A stretch of DNA of 64,000 bases, taken from positions 405,015 to 469,014 of the forward strand of contig CAWDSG010000002.1 of the NCBI GenBank assembly GCA_963804975.1, written 5' to 3'. The translations under genes were made by a program, and so were the position numbers. The first letter of the stretch is position 1. Every line of letters begins with the position of its first letter. The notes beneath the pieces are model-generated. The model saw only the letters and a program-made list of their open reading frames with translations, was not told the DNA's origin and searched no databases. Below, piece by piece: positions 47,494-57,353 of this stretch. The DNA is from an uncultured bacterium (GTDB lineage Bacteria > Patescibacteriota > Minisyncoccia > Phycocordibacterales > GWA1-40-21).

Positions 47494-48324
47494 TTAATTT
47501 TTACACACTGCAGCAGGACTGCATACAACCCTGTTTCCGTAACGCAAATCAACATAATTTATTTTTGCAAGCGATGCTTTGTCCATTTTGATAAATCCGT
47601 CATTTACAAGCGCCTGCAAATTTATCAATGATTGTCCGAATGTTTTTTCGTCATTGAGCAAAATCTTGCCTCCATTTTGCAAATAAACTTGATATGTATG
47701 AGCATCAACCGCATAAAAATACTCCGGATAAAAATCAAGCTGGCTCAAAGCTCCGATAAAAGCTGAGATTTCGGCAAATCTATGGCTGTCAAAATAAAAT
47801 TCTCCTATCGGATTTTGATTCGTTATCATGCCGAAATATTCAGGAAACGCGCTTATCACCGTTGAACTTGCAAACACAAAACCTGTCTTATCCATCAGAA
47901 AACAATTTCCCGGCACATCCGGAGTGCCTCCGCACCAATGATTTTGGGCAACCCGCTCGGACACTTTAATTTCTATATCATTTAAATTTTTGAATGATAT
48001 TTTTACCGAATTTATTGTTTTTATATCGCTCAAAATCTGATTTTTAATATCATTTCTTTCCAAAAGCAAATAATTATCTGTCGGAATAATCAGCAGATAT
48101 CTTTTGTTAAGCTCCGCATTCACAATCGCCGAAATTTCACTGCTTGATACGGATGAATTGCCGGCAATGGAAACATTCCGTATCCGCACCTTATCCGAGG
48201 TAAGTCCGAGAATGCACAGCGAAATGAGAAATAAAATATAAAGAGCCGAGAGGCCGATTTTTCTTATGCGGCTCAATCTCCTCTTTTTCCTCAAGGATTG
48301 GTTTATATTTGATCGCTGCTGCAT
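47494..48324 (-). CDS. FtsQ/DivIB-like protein
   Basis: Basic N-tail, TM, POTRA-like segment (V.I.GN...I.VSER), C-terminal YVDLRY. Start taken at MQQR. Confidence 0.75.
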   Translation of the reverse strand: MQQRSNINQSLRKKRRLSRIRKIGLSALYILFLISLCILGLTSDKVRIRNVSIAGNSSVSSSEISAIVNAELNKRYLLIIPTDNYLLLERNDIKNQILSDIKTINSVKISFKNLNDIEIKVSERVAQNHWCGGTPDVPGNCFLMDKTGFVFASSTVISAFPEYFGMITNQNPIGEFYFDSHRFAEISAFIGALSQLDFYPEYFYAVDAHTYQVYLQNGGKILLNDEKTFGQSLINLQALVNDGFIKMDKASLAKINYVDLRYGNRVVCSPAAVCKN

Positions 48325-48331
48325 AGCGAAT

Positions 48332-49609
48332 TTATTTCTTTCCAATAACTTCTTTTCCGCCCATGTATTTTTGCAAACCTTTTGGAATTTTTATGCTTCC
48401 GTCCGCCTGCTGATTATTTTCCAAAATCTGGATCAATATTCTCGGAGTGGCAATAGCGGTGTTATTCAAAGAATGGACGAATTTTGATTTGCCGTCCGCA
48501 TCTTTGTATTTTATATTCAATCTTCTCGCCTGAAAATCATGGAAATACGAGCAAGAATGCGTTTCGCCATATTTATTCTTTGACGGCATCCATGTCTCAA
48601 TATCATATTTTTTCACCTGCCCTTGGCCGAGATCGCCTCCGCAATTTACAACCACTCTGTAAGGCAAATCCATCGCCTGCAAAATTTCTTCGGCATTTTT
48701 CAAAAGTTCCTCGTGAAATTTCACGGATACCTCGTGCGACGCTTCGCAAAGTATCACTTGTTCAAATTTCATAAATTCGTGCAAGCGATAAAGACCTTTG
48801 ACATCCTTGCTGTAGCTTCCCGCTTCCCTTCTGAATGCCGGAGAAAACGCGAATTTTTTCATTGGCAAATCTTTTTTATTCAAAACTTTGTCTGCAAAAT
48901 AACCCATTGTGGCAACTTCCGCCGTGCCGGCAAGATAATCGTTATCTTGTGTTTTATACAAATCATCTTCTCCTTGCGGCAGATATCCTGTACCAAATAA
49001 TGTTTCTTTTCTGACAAGCGACGGGACCATCATAAATCCATAATCGCTTTTTTTCTCCCTGAAAATATCTATCGCAAGCTGCCAGACGGCAAATGCAAGC
49101 TCAGCTCCTTCGTTTTTCAAAAAATATCCGCGGAATCCGGCTACTTTTGTCCCCGCTTCAAAATCGGCAAGGTCGTGCTTTTCCATGAGTTCAATATGGT
49201 CTTTCGGCTTGAAATCGAATTTTGGAATCTTGCCCCAAACTTTTATTTCCTTGTTGTCGGCATCGGAATCGCCTTTAGGCACGGATACATCCGGAATATT
49301 CGGAACTTGAAGCATCAGCATTTGCCAGTTTTTCATCACTTCTTTGAGTTTTTCTTCCTCTTTCTGAAGTGCTTCTTTCAGAATTTTCATCTGGCTAAGC
49401 AATTCTTTTTTTTGTCCTTCGTCTTTTAAATCAGGCAAACGGAAAGAAACCTCATTCTGCTCAGCTCTCTTTTTTTCTATTGAAGTCAGCAATTCCCTTC
49501 TTTTGTCGTCTACGGAAATCAAATCGTCCACATTAAACTTAATGTGCTTTTTCCTGGCGCCTTCCGTGATTAATTCTTTGTTTTCTCTGATGAATTTGAT
49601 ATCAAGCAT
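48332..49609 (-). CDS. serS: Serine--tRNA ligase
   Basis: MLDIKFIREN, GTAE, FRREAG, GLYRLHEF, KYDIE.WMP, LNNT. Confidence 0.97.
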   Translation of the reverse strand: MLDIKFIRENKELITEGARKKHIKFNVDDLISVDDKRRELLTSIEKKRAEQNEVSFRLPDLKDEGQKKELLSQMKILKEALQKEEEKLKEVMKNWQMLMLQVPNIPDVSVPKGDSDADNKEIKVWGKIPKFDFKPKDHIELMEKHDLADFEAGTKVAGFRGYFLKNEGAELAFAVWQLAIDIFREKKSDYGFMMVPSLVRKETLFGTGYLPQGEDDLYKTQDNDYLAGTAEVATMGYFADKVLNKKDLPMKKFAFSPAFRREAGSYSKDVKGLYRLHEFMKFEQVILCEASHEVSVKFHEELLKNAEEILQAMDLPYRVVVNCGGDLGQGQVKKYDIETWMPSKNKYGETHSCSYFHDFQARRLNIKYKDADGKSKFVHSLNNTAIATPRILIQILENNQQADGSIKIPKGLQKYMGGKEVIGKK

Positions 49610-49663
49610 AAAATATTTGATTCGTATATATTATATTAACAATAAATGTTAGAATAAACAACA

Positions 49664-50536
49664 ATGCTCAATAATTTTAAAACGGAGACACTCATCGGCA
49701 AAAATATTCCGAAAAAACTCCGTGAAATTTCCGATGCTCCGAAGAAATTATATCTGCAAGGAAAACTTCCCTCGCCGGATACCAAAATCCTCTGCGTCGT
49801 TGGTTCCCGCAACTATACATCCTATGGCAAAGATGCGTGCGAAAAACTCATTGCCGGGCTTGCCGGATATGATATCTGCATTGTTTCAGGTCTTGCGCTT
49901 GGAATAGACGCTATTTCGCATAAAGCCGCGCTTCTCGCAGGATTAAAAACTGTTGCAATTCCCGGTTCCGGACTTGATCCGTCCGTTTTGTACCCAATTA
50001 CGAATAAAAATCTCGCGGAAAAAATCCTTGAGGCCGGCGGAGCGCTGCTTAGCGAATTTGAACCGACTTTCCGCGCCACCCCATATAGCTTCCCTCAAAG
50101 AAACAGGATTATGGCCGGGATATCCGACGCCACGCTTGTTGTGGAAGCCGAACTTAAATCCGGGACTTTAATCACTTCAAAATACGCGACCGAATACAAT
50201 CGCGATGTGCTCGCCGTCCCTGGTTCTATCTTTTCCAAAAATTCTGACGGACCGCATATGCTCATCCGCCTTGGCGCCACTCCGGTGCGGACGAGCGAAG
50301 ATATTTTGGAAGCTCTTGGCTTTAAAGTGGAACAGAAAATAGAAAATCTGAAATTGAAATATGCCGATTGCTCGGATGAAGAAATGCTTATCGTCAAACT
50401 TTTGGCAGAGCCGCTTCAAAAAGACGAGCTTATCCGCCAATCAAAAATGCCGATTTCCAAAGTTAGCGGAGTGCTTTCAATAATGGAAATTAAAGGTTTG
50501 ATAAAAGAAAGTATGGGAGAGATAAGATTAGTTTAG
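49664..50536 (+). CDS. dprA: DNA-processing protein DprA
   Basis: VVGSR, VSGLALGID, FPQRNRIMAG, SGTLIT, AVPG. Confidence 0.96.
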   Translation: MLNNFKTETLIGKNIPKKLREISDAPKKLYLQGKLPSPDTKILCVVGSRNYTSYGKDACEKLIAGLAGYDICIVSGLALGIDAISHKAALLAGLKTVAIPGSGLDPSVLYPITNKNLAEKILEAGGALLSEFEPTFRATPYSFPQRNRIMAGISDATLVVEAELKSGTLITSKYATEYNRDVLAVPGSIFSKNSDGPHMLIRLGATPVRTSEDILEALGFKVEQKIENLKLKYADCSDEEMLIVKLLAEPLQKDELIRQSKMPISKVSGVLSIMEIKGLIKESMGEIRLV

Positions 50537-50724
50537 AAACTAAAAGTTTTTAAAGCAATAACGACCCACAAAATAAAAAATAATATTGCTAGTTCTCCAA
50601 TAAAAAACATGACTGTTTTAAAACTAATTATTTTCCCTTCTTTCTTTACTTGTTTTATATGTCCAGAAATAAGACTCACGAATAAATATATAAGAATTAA
50701 ACCTATCAATAAAATAATTGGCAT
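50533..50724 (-). CDS. Small two-TM hypothetical protein
   Basis: Hydrophobic AT-rich ORF filling the dprA-topA gap; start uncertain. Confidence 0.45.
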   Translation of the reverse strand: MPIILLIGLILIYLFVSLISGHIKQVKKEGKIISFKTVMFFIGELAILFFILWVVIALKTFSF

Positions 50725-50809
50725 TGTTTTTAAAATTATTATAAATACTAATAAGTTAATTATACCAAAATTTGCATAAAATAACATTTATGTGTAATAC
50801 TAGGGTGCA

Positions 50810-52978
50810 ATGAAACTTTTAATTGTAGAATCACCGTCGAAAGCGAAGACGATAGAAAAATATTTGGATGGAAAATATACCGTCAAAGCGTCTGTCGGAC
50901 ATATTCGGGATTTGCCAAAATCCAACAAGAAAGCCATTGATATAGAAGGCGGTTTTATTCCTCATTACGAAATCAGCCCAGGCAAAGAGAAAATCGTTTC
51001 CGAAATAAAAAGCTTGGCAAATAAAGCCGATGAGGTCTTGCTTGCAACCGACCCTGACCGAGAAGGAGAAGCTATAGCTTGGCATATCAAAGAAGCCGTC
51101 GGACTGAAGAATCCGAAAAGAATCCGTTTCCATGAAATTACAAAAGATGCGATAAAAGAAGCGATTCAGAATCCTACCGAAATAGACGACAACCTAAGAA
51201 AAGCGCAGGAAGCAAGAAGGGTTTTAGACCGCCTTGTCGGATATGACCTTTCCGGACTTATTTGGAAAAAAATCCGCTACGGACTTTCCGCGGGGCGCGT
51301 ACAATCACCTGCACTTCGCATCGTAATGGAACGCGAGAGAGAAATCCGCGCATTCAAACCGGAACAGTTCTGGGTTATTGAAGCCGATACCGAAACAAAA
51401 AAAAGAGAAAAAATAACTTTGACCTGCGATAAAGAACCTCGCGACATAAAAGAAGTTGAAAAAATACTTGAAATCGGAAATAAAGAAACTTGGACTGTAA
51501 AAGACGTTACAGAAACCGAGACAAAAAGAACTCCAAAAGCGCCGTTCACCACTTCCACTCTCCAGCAAGCGGCAAGCACCCGCCTCGGCTACGCTCCGTC
51601 AAATACTATGCGCATAGCGCAAAAACTTTACGAAGCCGGACTTATCACTTATATGAGAACCGACAGCACAAACTTGGGCGCTACAGCACTGGATCAGATC
51701 GGCGCAGTTGTCTCCAAAAAATACGGGGTAAATTATGCAAAAAGAAATATTTATATTACAAAAAGCAAAAACGCGCAGGAAGCGCACGAAGCGATAAGGC
51801 CGACAGATGCGAGCCGTGAAATCGCCGGACACGCAGATGACCAGAAAAAGCTTTACCGCCTTATTTGGCAAAGAGCTGTTGCATCGCAAATGTCTGATGC
51901 AAAAATATTGAGGACAAAAATTATCGCTCAAGCCGGCGTTGACAAAGAAATTCCCACTTTTTCAATAAACGGTTCACGCACGCTTTTTGACGGATGGCTT
52001 AAAGCGGATCCGGATGCCCGCGGAGAGGATGTTGAATTGCCAAAAGTGGAAATCAATGAGATTTTGAAGCTTTTGGATATTCGTTCGGCAGAAAAATTCA
52101 CAGAACCTCCTTCAAGATACACCGAGGCCGGGCTCATCAAAGAACTTGAAAAAAGAGGAATCGGCAGACCTTCAACATACGCCACGATTATGAAAACTCT
52201 TGATGAGAGGGGTTATACGACAAAAGAAGGAAAAACTCTGATACCGACGGACACGGGCGATGTGGTAAGCACTTTCCTTGAAAATAATTTTGCAAATTAT
52301 ATAAGCGACACTTTCACGGCAGAAATGGAAGACGAGCTTGACGATATCGCAACCGGCAAGCGAGAATACGTAAAAACCTTGAAAGATTTTTACGGGCCAT
52401 TTTCAAAAGATATAAAAGCAAAAGACAAGATCGCAAAAGTGACAAACTTGGGTGAAGCCGATAAAAAATATAAATGTCCTGTCTGCGGCGGCCCGATGGT
52501 CATCAAACTTTCAAAGAACGGGAAATTCTTGAGCTGCAAGAAATACCCGAAATGCATGGGCGCGAGAACAATCACCGGTGAAGAGCTTGAAGGGCCGAAA
52601 GAAACCGGCGAGATGTGCCCGGAATGTAAAGACGGCAAACTCATAGAACGAGAAGGAAAATTCGGCAGATTCGTGGCTTGTTCAAATTATCCGAAATGCA
52701 AATATATAAAAAAAGACGCGATTACGCAAAATACCACGGGAATAAAGTGTCCTGTCTGTAAAGCTGGAGAGATGACGGAGCGAAAAGGAAGATTTGGAGT
52801 ATTTTACAGCTGTACGAATTACCCGAAATGCAAATATACCATAAAAGCAAAACCGACCGGCAAACTCTGCCCTACTTGCGGAAGTTTGATGATGGAAGGC
52901 ACAAAAACAATTCCTGAAAGATGCAGTGATGTAAAATGTTCGAACAATAGACCGGACAAGATTGAAAAGAAAAATTAA
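50810..52978 (+). CDS. topA: DNA topoisomerase I
   Basis: IVESPSKAKTI, DPDREGE, SAGRVQS, ITYMRTDS, C-terminal Zn ribbons. Confidence 0.97.
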   Translation: MKLLIVESPSKAKTIEKYLDGKYTVKASVGHIRDLPKSNKKAIDIEGGFIPHYEISPGKEKIVSEIKSLANKADEVLLATDPDREGEAIAWHIKEAVGLKNPKRIRFHEITKDAIKEAIQNPTEIDDNLRKAQEARRVLDRLVGYDLSGLIWKKIRYGLSAGRVQSPALRIVMEREREIRAFKPEQFWVIEADTETKKREKITLTCDKEPRDIKEVEKILEIGNKETWTVKDVTETETKRTPKAPFTTSTLQQAASTRLGYAPSNTMRIAQKLYEAGLITYMRTDSTNLGATALDQIGAVVSKKYGVNYAKRNIYITKSKNAQEAHEAIRPTDASREIAGHADDQKKLYRLIWQRAVASQMSDAKILRTKIIAQAGVDKEIPTFSINGSRTLFDGWLKADPDARGEDVELPKVEINEILKLLDIRSAEKFTEPPSRYTEAGLIKELEKRGIGRPSTYATIMKTLDERGYTTKEGKTLIPTDTGDVVSTFLENNFANYISDTFTAEMEDELDDIATGKREYVKTLKDFYGPFSKDIKAKDKIAKVTNLGEADKKYKCPVCGGPMVIKLSKNGKFLSCKKYPKCMGARTITGEELEGPKETGEMCPECKDGKLIEREGKFGRFVACSNYPKCKYIKKDAITQNTTGIKCPVCKAGEMTERKGRFGVFYSCTNYPKCKYTIKAKPTGKLCPTCGSLMMEGTKTIPERCSDVKCSNNRPDKIEKKN

Positions 52979-53006
52979 AAAACCGCCTGAAAGCGGTTTT
53001 TTAATT
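52973..53006 (+). terminator. Intrinsic terminator after topA
   Basis: AATTAAAAAACCGC-CTGAAA-GCGGTTTTTTAATT. Confidence 0.8.
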
Positions 53007-53047
53007 CCTTTATGGACTTTATGGATTTTTAATTTTATACTGATTAT

Positions 53048-54565
53048 ATGCCTTTGGAAGAAATCATAAAACTATTGGAATCGCCGCCGCAAAAAGACAA
53101 GGAGCTTATACAAAAAGCTTATGATTTTTCGCTGAAAGCTCACGAAGGACAGTTGCGAAAATCCGGAGATCCTTATTTCAGCCATGTGTTTGAAACAGTA
53201 AAAATTCTTGCCGAATTGAAGATGGATGCTCCCACTCTTGCTGCCGGATTTTTGCATGATGCGATAGAAGACGGTGTCGCTACGGAAGAACAGATACAAA
53301 AAGAATTTGGAGACGAGGTTTTGTTTCTGGTAAACGGCGTTACCAAGCTCGGCAAAGTCAGATACAAAGGCGCGGAAAAACACGTTGAATCCCTGCGAAA
53401 ATTTCTCGTGGCCACCGCGCAGGATATCCGCGTGCTTATCATAAAACTTGCGGACCGGCTTCACAATATGCGCACGCTTGAATTCGTGGACAAAGATAAA
53501 CAGAAAAAAATCGCTCTTGAAACATTGGAAATATACGCTCCCCTTGCTGACCGGCTTTCCATCAGGATGCTGTCCCGCGAACTTGAAGACCTGTCTTTCA
53601 AATATGTCCATCCGAAAGAATATGAGGAAACTTTCCAACTCATAAAAAGCAAAGAAAAAGAAGCTGCGCCGGTACTTGAAAAATTCCTTAAGACCGTCAA
53701 GAAAGCTTTAGCCGAAGAAAAAATCACCGACTTTAAAACGGATTACAGGCATAAAGGCATTTACAGCTTGTACAGGAAATTGATCAGGAAAGATTATCAG
53801 GTGGAAAAAGTTTATGACATTCTCGCGGCCAGAATAATGGTAAAAACAGTATCCGATTGCTACAAAGTTCTAGGAGTAATTCACAGCATTTTCAGGCCGA
53901 TACCGGGAAGAATCAAGGATTACATCGCTTATCCAAAACCGAATGGCTACCGAAGCTTGCATACGACTGTTCTTATCGGAGACGGTTCCTCGGTTGAAGT
54001 GCAGATAAGAACATATGAAATGCATTATGAATCGGAATATGGAATCGCTTCCCACATCTCTTATAAAAAATATGGTTCGAGAAATACCGCAGATTCGGAA
54101 AAAAGATGGTTTGCCAAATTTCTGCCGAAAATAATAAACTTTTCCAGAAATTCAAAAAATACCGATGAAAAAGAGACACCGAAATGGATAAAGGATCTGG
54201 CGGAATCCCAAAAAAACATCAAAACCGATTTGGAAAAAAACCAATTTATAAAAGATTTAAAATCAGATTTTTTCAGCGAAAGGATATTCGTCCTGACGCC
54301 CAAAGGCGACGTCATAGACCTGCCGATAGGATCAATGCCGGTTGATTTTGCTTATGCGATCCATTCAAATGTTGGAAACCATATGAGCGGAGTGAAAATA
54401 AACAATAAAATGGTCTCGCTTGATACGGAACTGAATAATGGCGATATCGTTCAAATAGTAACGAAGGAATCAGCGAAACCGTCTGCCAAATGGATGGATA
54501 TCGCCAAAACGAATATGGCAAAGCGCCATATAAGCAATTTTGTAGAAAAGAATCAAAGAAAATAG
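53048..54565 (+). CDS. RelA/SpoT-family (p)ppGpp synthetase/hydrolase (HD+SYNTH+TGS, no ACT)
   Basis: RKSGDPY, LHDAIED, KLADRLHNMRTL, KPNGYRSLHT, EVQIRT, DFAYAIHS. Confidence 0.92.
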   Translation: MPLEEIIKLLESPPQKDKELIQKAYDFSLKAHEGQLRKSGDPYFSHVFETVKILAELKMDAPTLAAGFLHDAIEDGVATEEQIQKEFGDEVLFLVNGVTKLGKVRYKGAEKHVESLRKFLVATAQDIRVLIIKLADRLHNMRTLEFVDKDKQKKIALETLEIYAPLADRLSIRMLSRELEDLSFKYVHPKEYEETFQLIKSKEKEAAPVLEKFLKTVKKALAEEKITDFKTDYRHKGIYSLYRKLIRKDYQVEKVYDILAARIMVKTVSDCYKVLGVIHSIFRPIPGRIKDYIAYPKPNGYRSLHTTVLIGDGSSVEVQIRTYEMHYESEYGIASHISYKKYGSRNTADSEKRWFAKFLPKIINFSRNSKNTDEKETPKWIKDLAESQKNIKTDLEKNQFIKDLKSDFFSERIFVLTPKGDVIDLPIGSMPVDFAYAIHSNVGNHMSGVKINNKMVSLDTELNNGDIVQIVTKESAKPSAKWMDIAKTNMAKRHISNFVEKNQRK

Positions 54566-54589
54566 CCGAGAATACATTTCGTACCCCGG

Positions 54590-54931
54590 CTATGATCGCT
54601 TCTCAGAGAAAAATCGTTTAATTTTTTTGTTTATTATTGTATCGATAAATTTTTCTTGTGCATCTATATCACCGTAAGGAATATTAAGATATTCTTTAAC
54701 AGTTTCTTCTCCATAAGATCTTTTTATTAAAGAAGTTATTGATTTTCTTGCATTAAGAAACTGATCTTGATAAAAAGACGCTGAAGAATATTCGAAAAAG
54801 CTTGAACGATTGGCTCTGTCTAAAAGATTCATGTATGTTTCCATATCCCAAACATACATTATAATTCTCATATCAATCAAACCCCGACAACGAAAAATCC
54901 ACACTAAATTCCATACCAAACATTTCATCAT
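54590..54931 (-). CDS. Orphan hypothetical protein
   Basis: GGAGGG SD, GCTCTTTTAA, TAGACG-17-TAGATT upstream. Confidence 0.6.
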   Translation of the reverse strand: MMKCLVWNLVWIFRCRGLIDMRIIMYVWDMETYMNLLDRANRSSFFEYSSASFYQDQFLNARKSITSLIKRSYGEETVKEYLNIPYGDIDAQEKFIDTIINKKIKRFFSEKRS

Positions 54932-55000
54932 TCTATACCCTCCAATTTAAAAGAGCTTTTTGCCAAGATTAATCTAGCACAATAATATATGTTCGTCTAT

Positions 55001-55996
55001 TTACAAGCTAAAATTCTTGACCGAATATAAGTCCTCGTCCTTTTTTTCCTGAATATCTTTTTCGTCGTTCATTTCAGTCGCTTCCTCATCATTAAGCTTC
55101 GGCTGCGATTCGACATTGCCGATTTCAGAAATATGCTTATCCAAAAGCTCGTCAACTTTTCTTTTTTTCTGGGAATTCAAAAGATCAAATATCGCCCTGA
55201 CATCGTCGTTTGAAAAGAAATCTATGATAATAGTCCCGCCGTTAAGGCCTTTCTCAATATGAACTCTTGTGCCGAGCGATTCGGCAAATTTTTCTTCAAG
55301 CGCGGTAAGCTCCGGATCAAACACGACTTCTTTTTTTCTGGCCTTCTCAACAGCGATTTTTCTGGCAATTATTTCCGCATCCCGCACGGTTATCTTTTTG
55401 TAAATAATTTCCTTGAATAAAGTTTCCTGCTCGTCCTTTCTGTCTATAAGCATCAGAAGCGGCCTTGTATGACCTTCAAGAATCTTGCCTTCGGAAATCG
55501 CCTGAAGCATGTGTTCCGGCAAAGACAAAATTCTCAAGCTGTTTGAAACATACTCCCTGCTTTTGCCGATTTTTTCCGCAATTTTGGTATGCTTCAAACC
55601 GAAATCATCCACAAGTTTCTGGAATGCTTTTGCCCTGTCCACGCAATTCAAATCTTCTCTCTGAAGATTTTCAATAATTGAAAGTTCAAGCTTCATCAGA
55701 TCGGATTCCTCGTTTGAGCGGATTACCACCGGAATTTGCGCTATACCCGCTATTTTTGACGCCCTTAATCTTCTTTCTCCGGAAATGAGCTCGTACTCGA
55801 CGGCAAGCCCGCCATCGGGTTTCTGAATTTCTTTTCTTGTGACGACTATCGGCTGAAGAACTCCGTATTGCCTGATGGATTCGGCAAGATCCCTTAATTT
55901 TGATTCGTCAAAATCTTTTCTCGGCTGAAAAGGGTTCGGTTTGACCTTATCAAGCTCAACCCAAAATATAGAATCGTTATAAAACTGTGAGGCCAT
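55001..55996 (-). CDS. parB: Chromosome partitioning protein ParB/Spo0J
   Basis: PNPFQPRKDF, GVLQPI, GERRLRA, ENLQREDL, HTH GKSREYVSN. Confidence 0.95.
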   Translation of the reverse strand: MASQFYNDSIFWVELDKVKPNPFQPRKDFDESKLRDLAESIRQYGVLQPIVVTRKEIQKPDGGLAVEYELISGERRLRASKIAGIAQIPVVIRSNEESDLMKLELSIIENLQREDLNCVDRAKAFQKLVDDFGLKHTKIAEKIGKSREYVSNSLRILSLPEHMLQAISEGKILEGHTRPLLMLIDRKDEQETLFKEIIYKKITVRDAEIIARKIAVEKARKKEVVFDPELTALEEKFAESLGTRVHIEKGLNGGTIIIDFFSNDDVRAIFDLLNSQKKRKVDELLDKHISEIGNVESQPKLNDEEATEMNDEKDIQEKKDEDLYSVKNFSL

Positions 55997-56072
55997 ATGG
56001 GAACATTTTATCACATAAAATAATTTAGTAAAAATTGATTTTTGTTAATAAATCGTATATTATTGGCCGGAA

Positions 56073-56154
56073 GCCAGAGTGATGAAATTGGCAAACATAC
56101 TCGACTCAAAATCGAGCGCCGAAAGGCTTGTGGGTTCAAGTCCCACCTCTGGCA
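56073..56154 (+). tRNA. tRNA-Leu (CAA)
   Basis: GCCAGAG/CTCTGGC acceptor, CTCGA-CTCAAAA-TCGAG, variable arm GCC-GAAA-GGC, GTGGG-TTCAAGT-CCCAC; CCA not encoded. Confidence 0.95.
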
Positions 56155-56169
56155 CAAACAACACAAATT

Positions 56170-56448
56170 ATGAACTTAGAAAATATTAAAATAATTAAAT
56201 CTGATGATAGGGGTATTATTTATGATTGTGGCAAATCAAGTTTTATTGCAAGAAAAAAAGGTAGTATCAGTGCCAATCATATACATGAAGATGCTGAGAC
56301 TATTTATCTAGTTAAAGGAAAAATTGAGCTAACTATCGGCAAAGAAACTAAAATAGTTAAAGCTCCAATAAAATTTAGTTATACTTCGAATATCTACCAT
56401 AAATTAGTTGCTCTTACAGATATTGAACTTATCATAGATAGAGATTAG
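56170..56448 (+). CDS. Small cupin domain protein
   Basis: HIHEDAE..Y..KG and YH motifs. Start at ATG 56170 because the longer ORF overlaps the tRNA. Confidence 0.75.
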   Translation: MNLENIKIIKSDDRGIIYDCGKSSFIARKKGSISANHIHEDAETIYLVKGKIELTIGKETKIVKAPIKFSYTSNIYHKLVALTDIELIIDRD

Positions 56449-56456
56449 TTAATTTT

Positions 56457-57353
56457 ATGAGATCAAAAGTTTTAGTTGTTCTTGGCCCTACTGCAACCGG
56501 TAAAAGCGATATTGCTATTCAAATCGCCAAAAAATGTAATGGTGAAATTATAAGTGCTGATTCACGGCAGGTTTATAAAAGAATGAACCTCGGTAGCGGT
56601 AAAATTACTAAAAAGGAAATGGTGGGTGTTCCTCACCATTTACTTGATGTAGTTAAACCAAGTACCAGATTTTCGGTTGCTCATTATAAAAAACTTGCCG
56701 AAAAAGCGATTGAAAAAATAATCTCGCACGGAAAATTACCAATTATCTGCGGAGGAACGGGTTTTTACATTGATAGCATTGCCAAAAATATATTGCTTCC
56801 GGAAGTTTCGCCAAATCAAAAATTAAGAAAAATTCTTGAGAAAAAATCCGCCGAAAAGCTTTTCAAAAAACTAAAAAAACTTTCTCCTTCCCGCGCCAAA
56901 TCCATTGACCGGCACAACAAAGTCCGCCTTATACGGGCAATTGAAATAGCAAAATCTCTCGGCAATATTCCGAAAATAAAAGAATTGCCGAGCAAATACG
57001 ATTTCATTTTTATCGGTCTTGATCTGCCTGATAAAGAATTGGAGAAAAGAATAGAAATTCGCCTGCTTGCGCGAATAAAAAAAGGAATGATAAAAGAAGT
57101 TGAAAATTTGCATAAGCAAGACGTGTCTCGGAGAAGATTGGAGTCATTCGGGCTTGAATACAGGCAAACTGCTTTATATTTACAAGGAAAAATTACTCTC
57201 AAACAAATGATTGAAAATATCAAAAATGAAAGCTGGCAATACGTGAAGCGTCAAAGGACTTGGTTTAAAAGGAATAAGCAAATTAAATGGTTTGAACCTA
57301 AAGAAATAAAGAAAATATTGAGTTTAATTAAAAATAAAATATTAAAATCCTAA
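56457..57353 (+). CDS. miaA: tRNA dimethylallyltransferase
   Basis: GPTATGKS, ISADSRQVY, PHHLLD, GGTGFY, YVKRQRTWF. Confidence 0.96.
   Translation: MRSKVLVVLGPTATGKSDIAIQIAKKCNGEIISADSRQVYKRMNLGSGKITKKEMVGVPHHLLDVVKPSTRFSVAHYKKLAEKAIEKIISHGKLPIICGGTGFYIDSIAKNILLPEVSPNQKLRKILEKKSAEKLFKKLKKLSPSRAKSIDRHNKVRLIRAIEIAKSLGNIPKIKELPSKYDFIFIGLDLPDKELEKRIEIRLLARIKKGMIKEVENLHKQDVSRRRLESFGLEYRQTALYLQGKITLKQMIENIKNESWQYVKRQRTWFKRNKQIKWFEPKEIKKILSLIKNKILKS

Noticed and set aside
56128-56169. Upstream extension of the cupin ORF, and the similar extension of rpmG to 58304
   Set aside because: They overlap tRNA-Leu and murJ respectively; downstream ATGs fit better.
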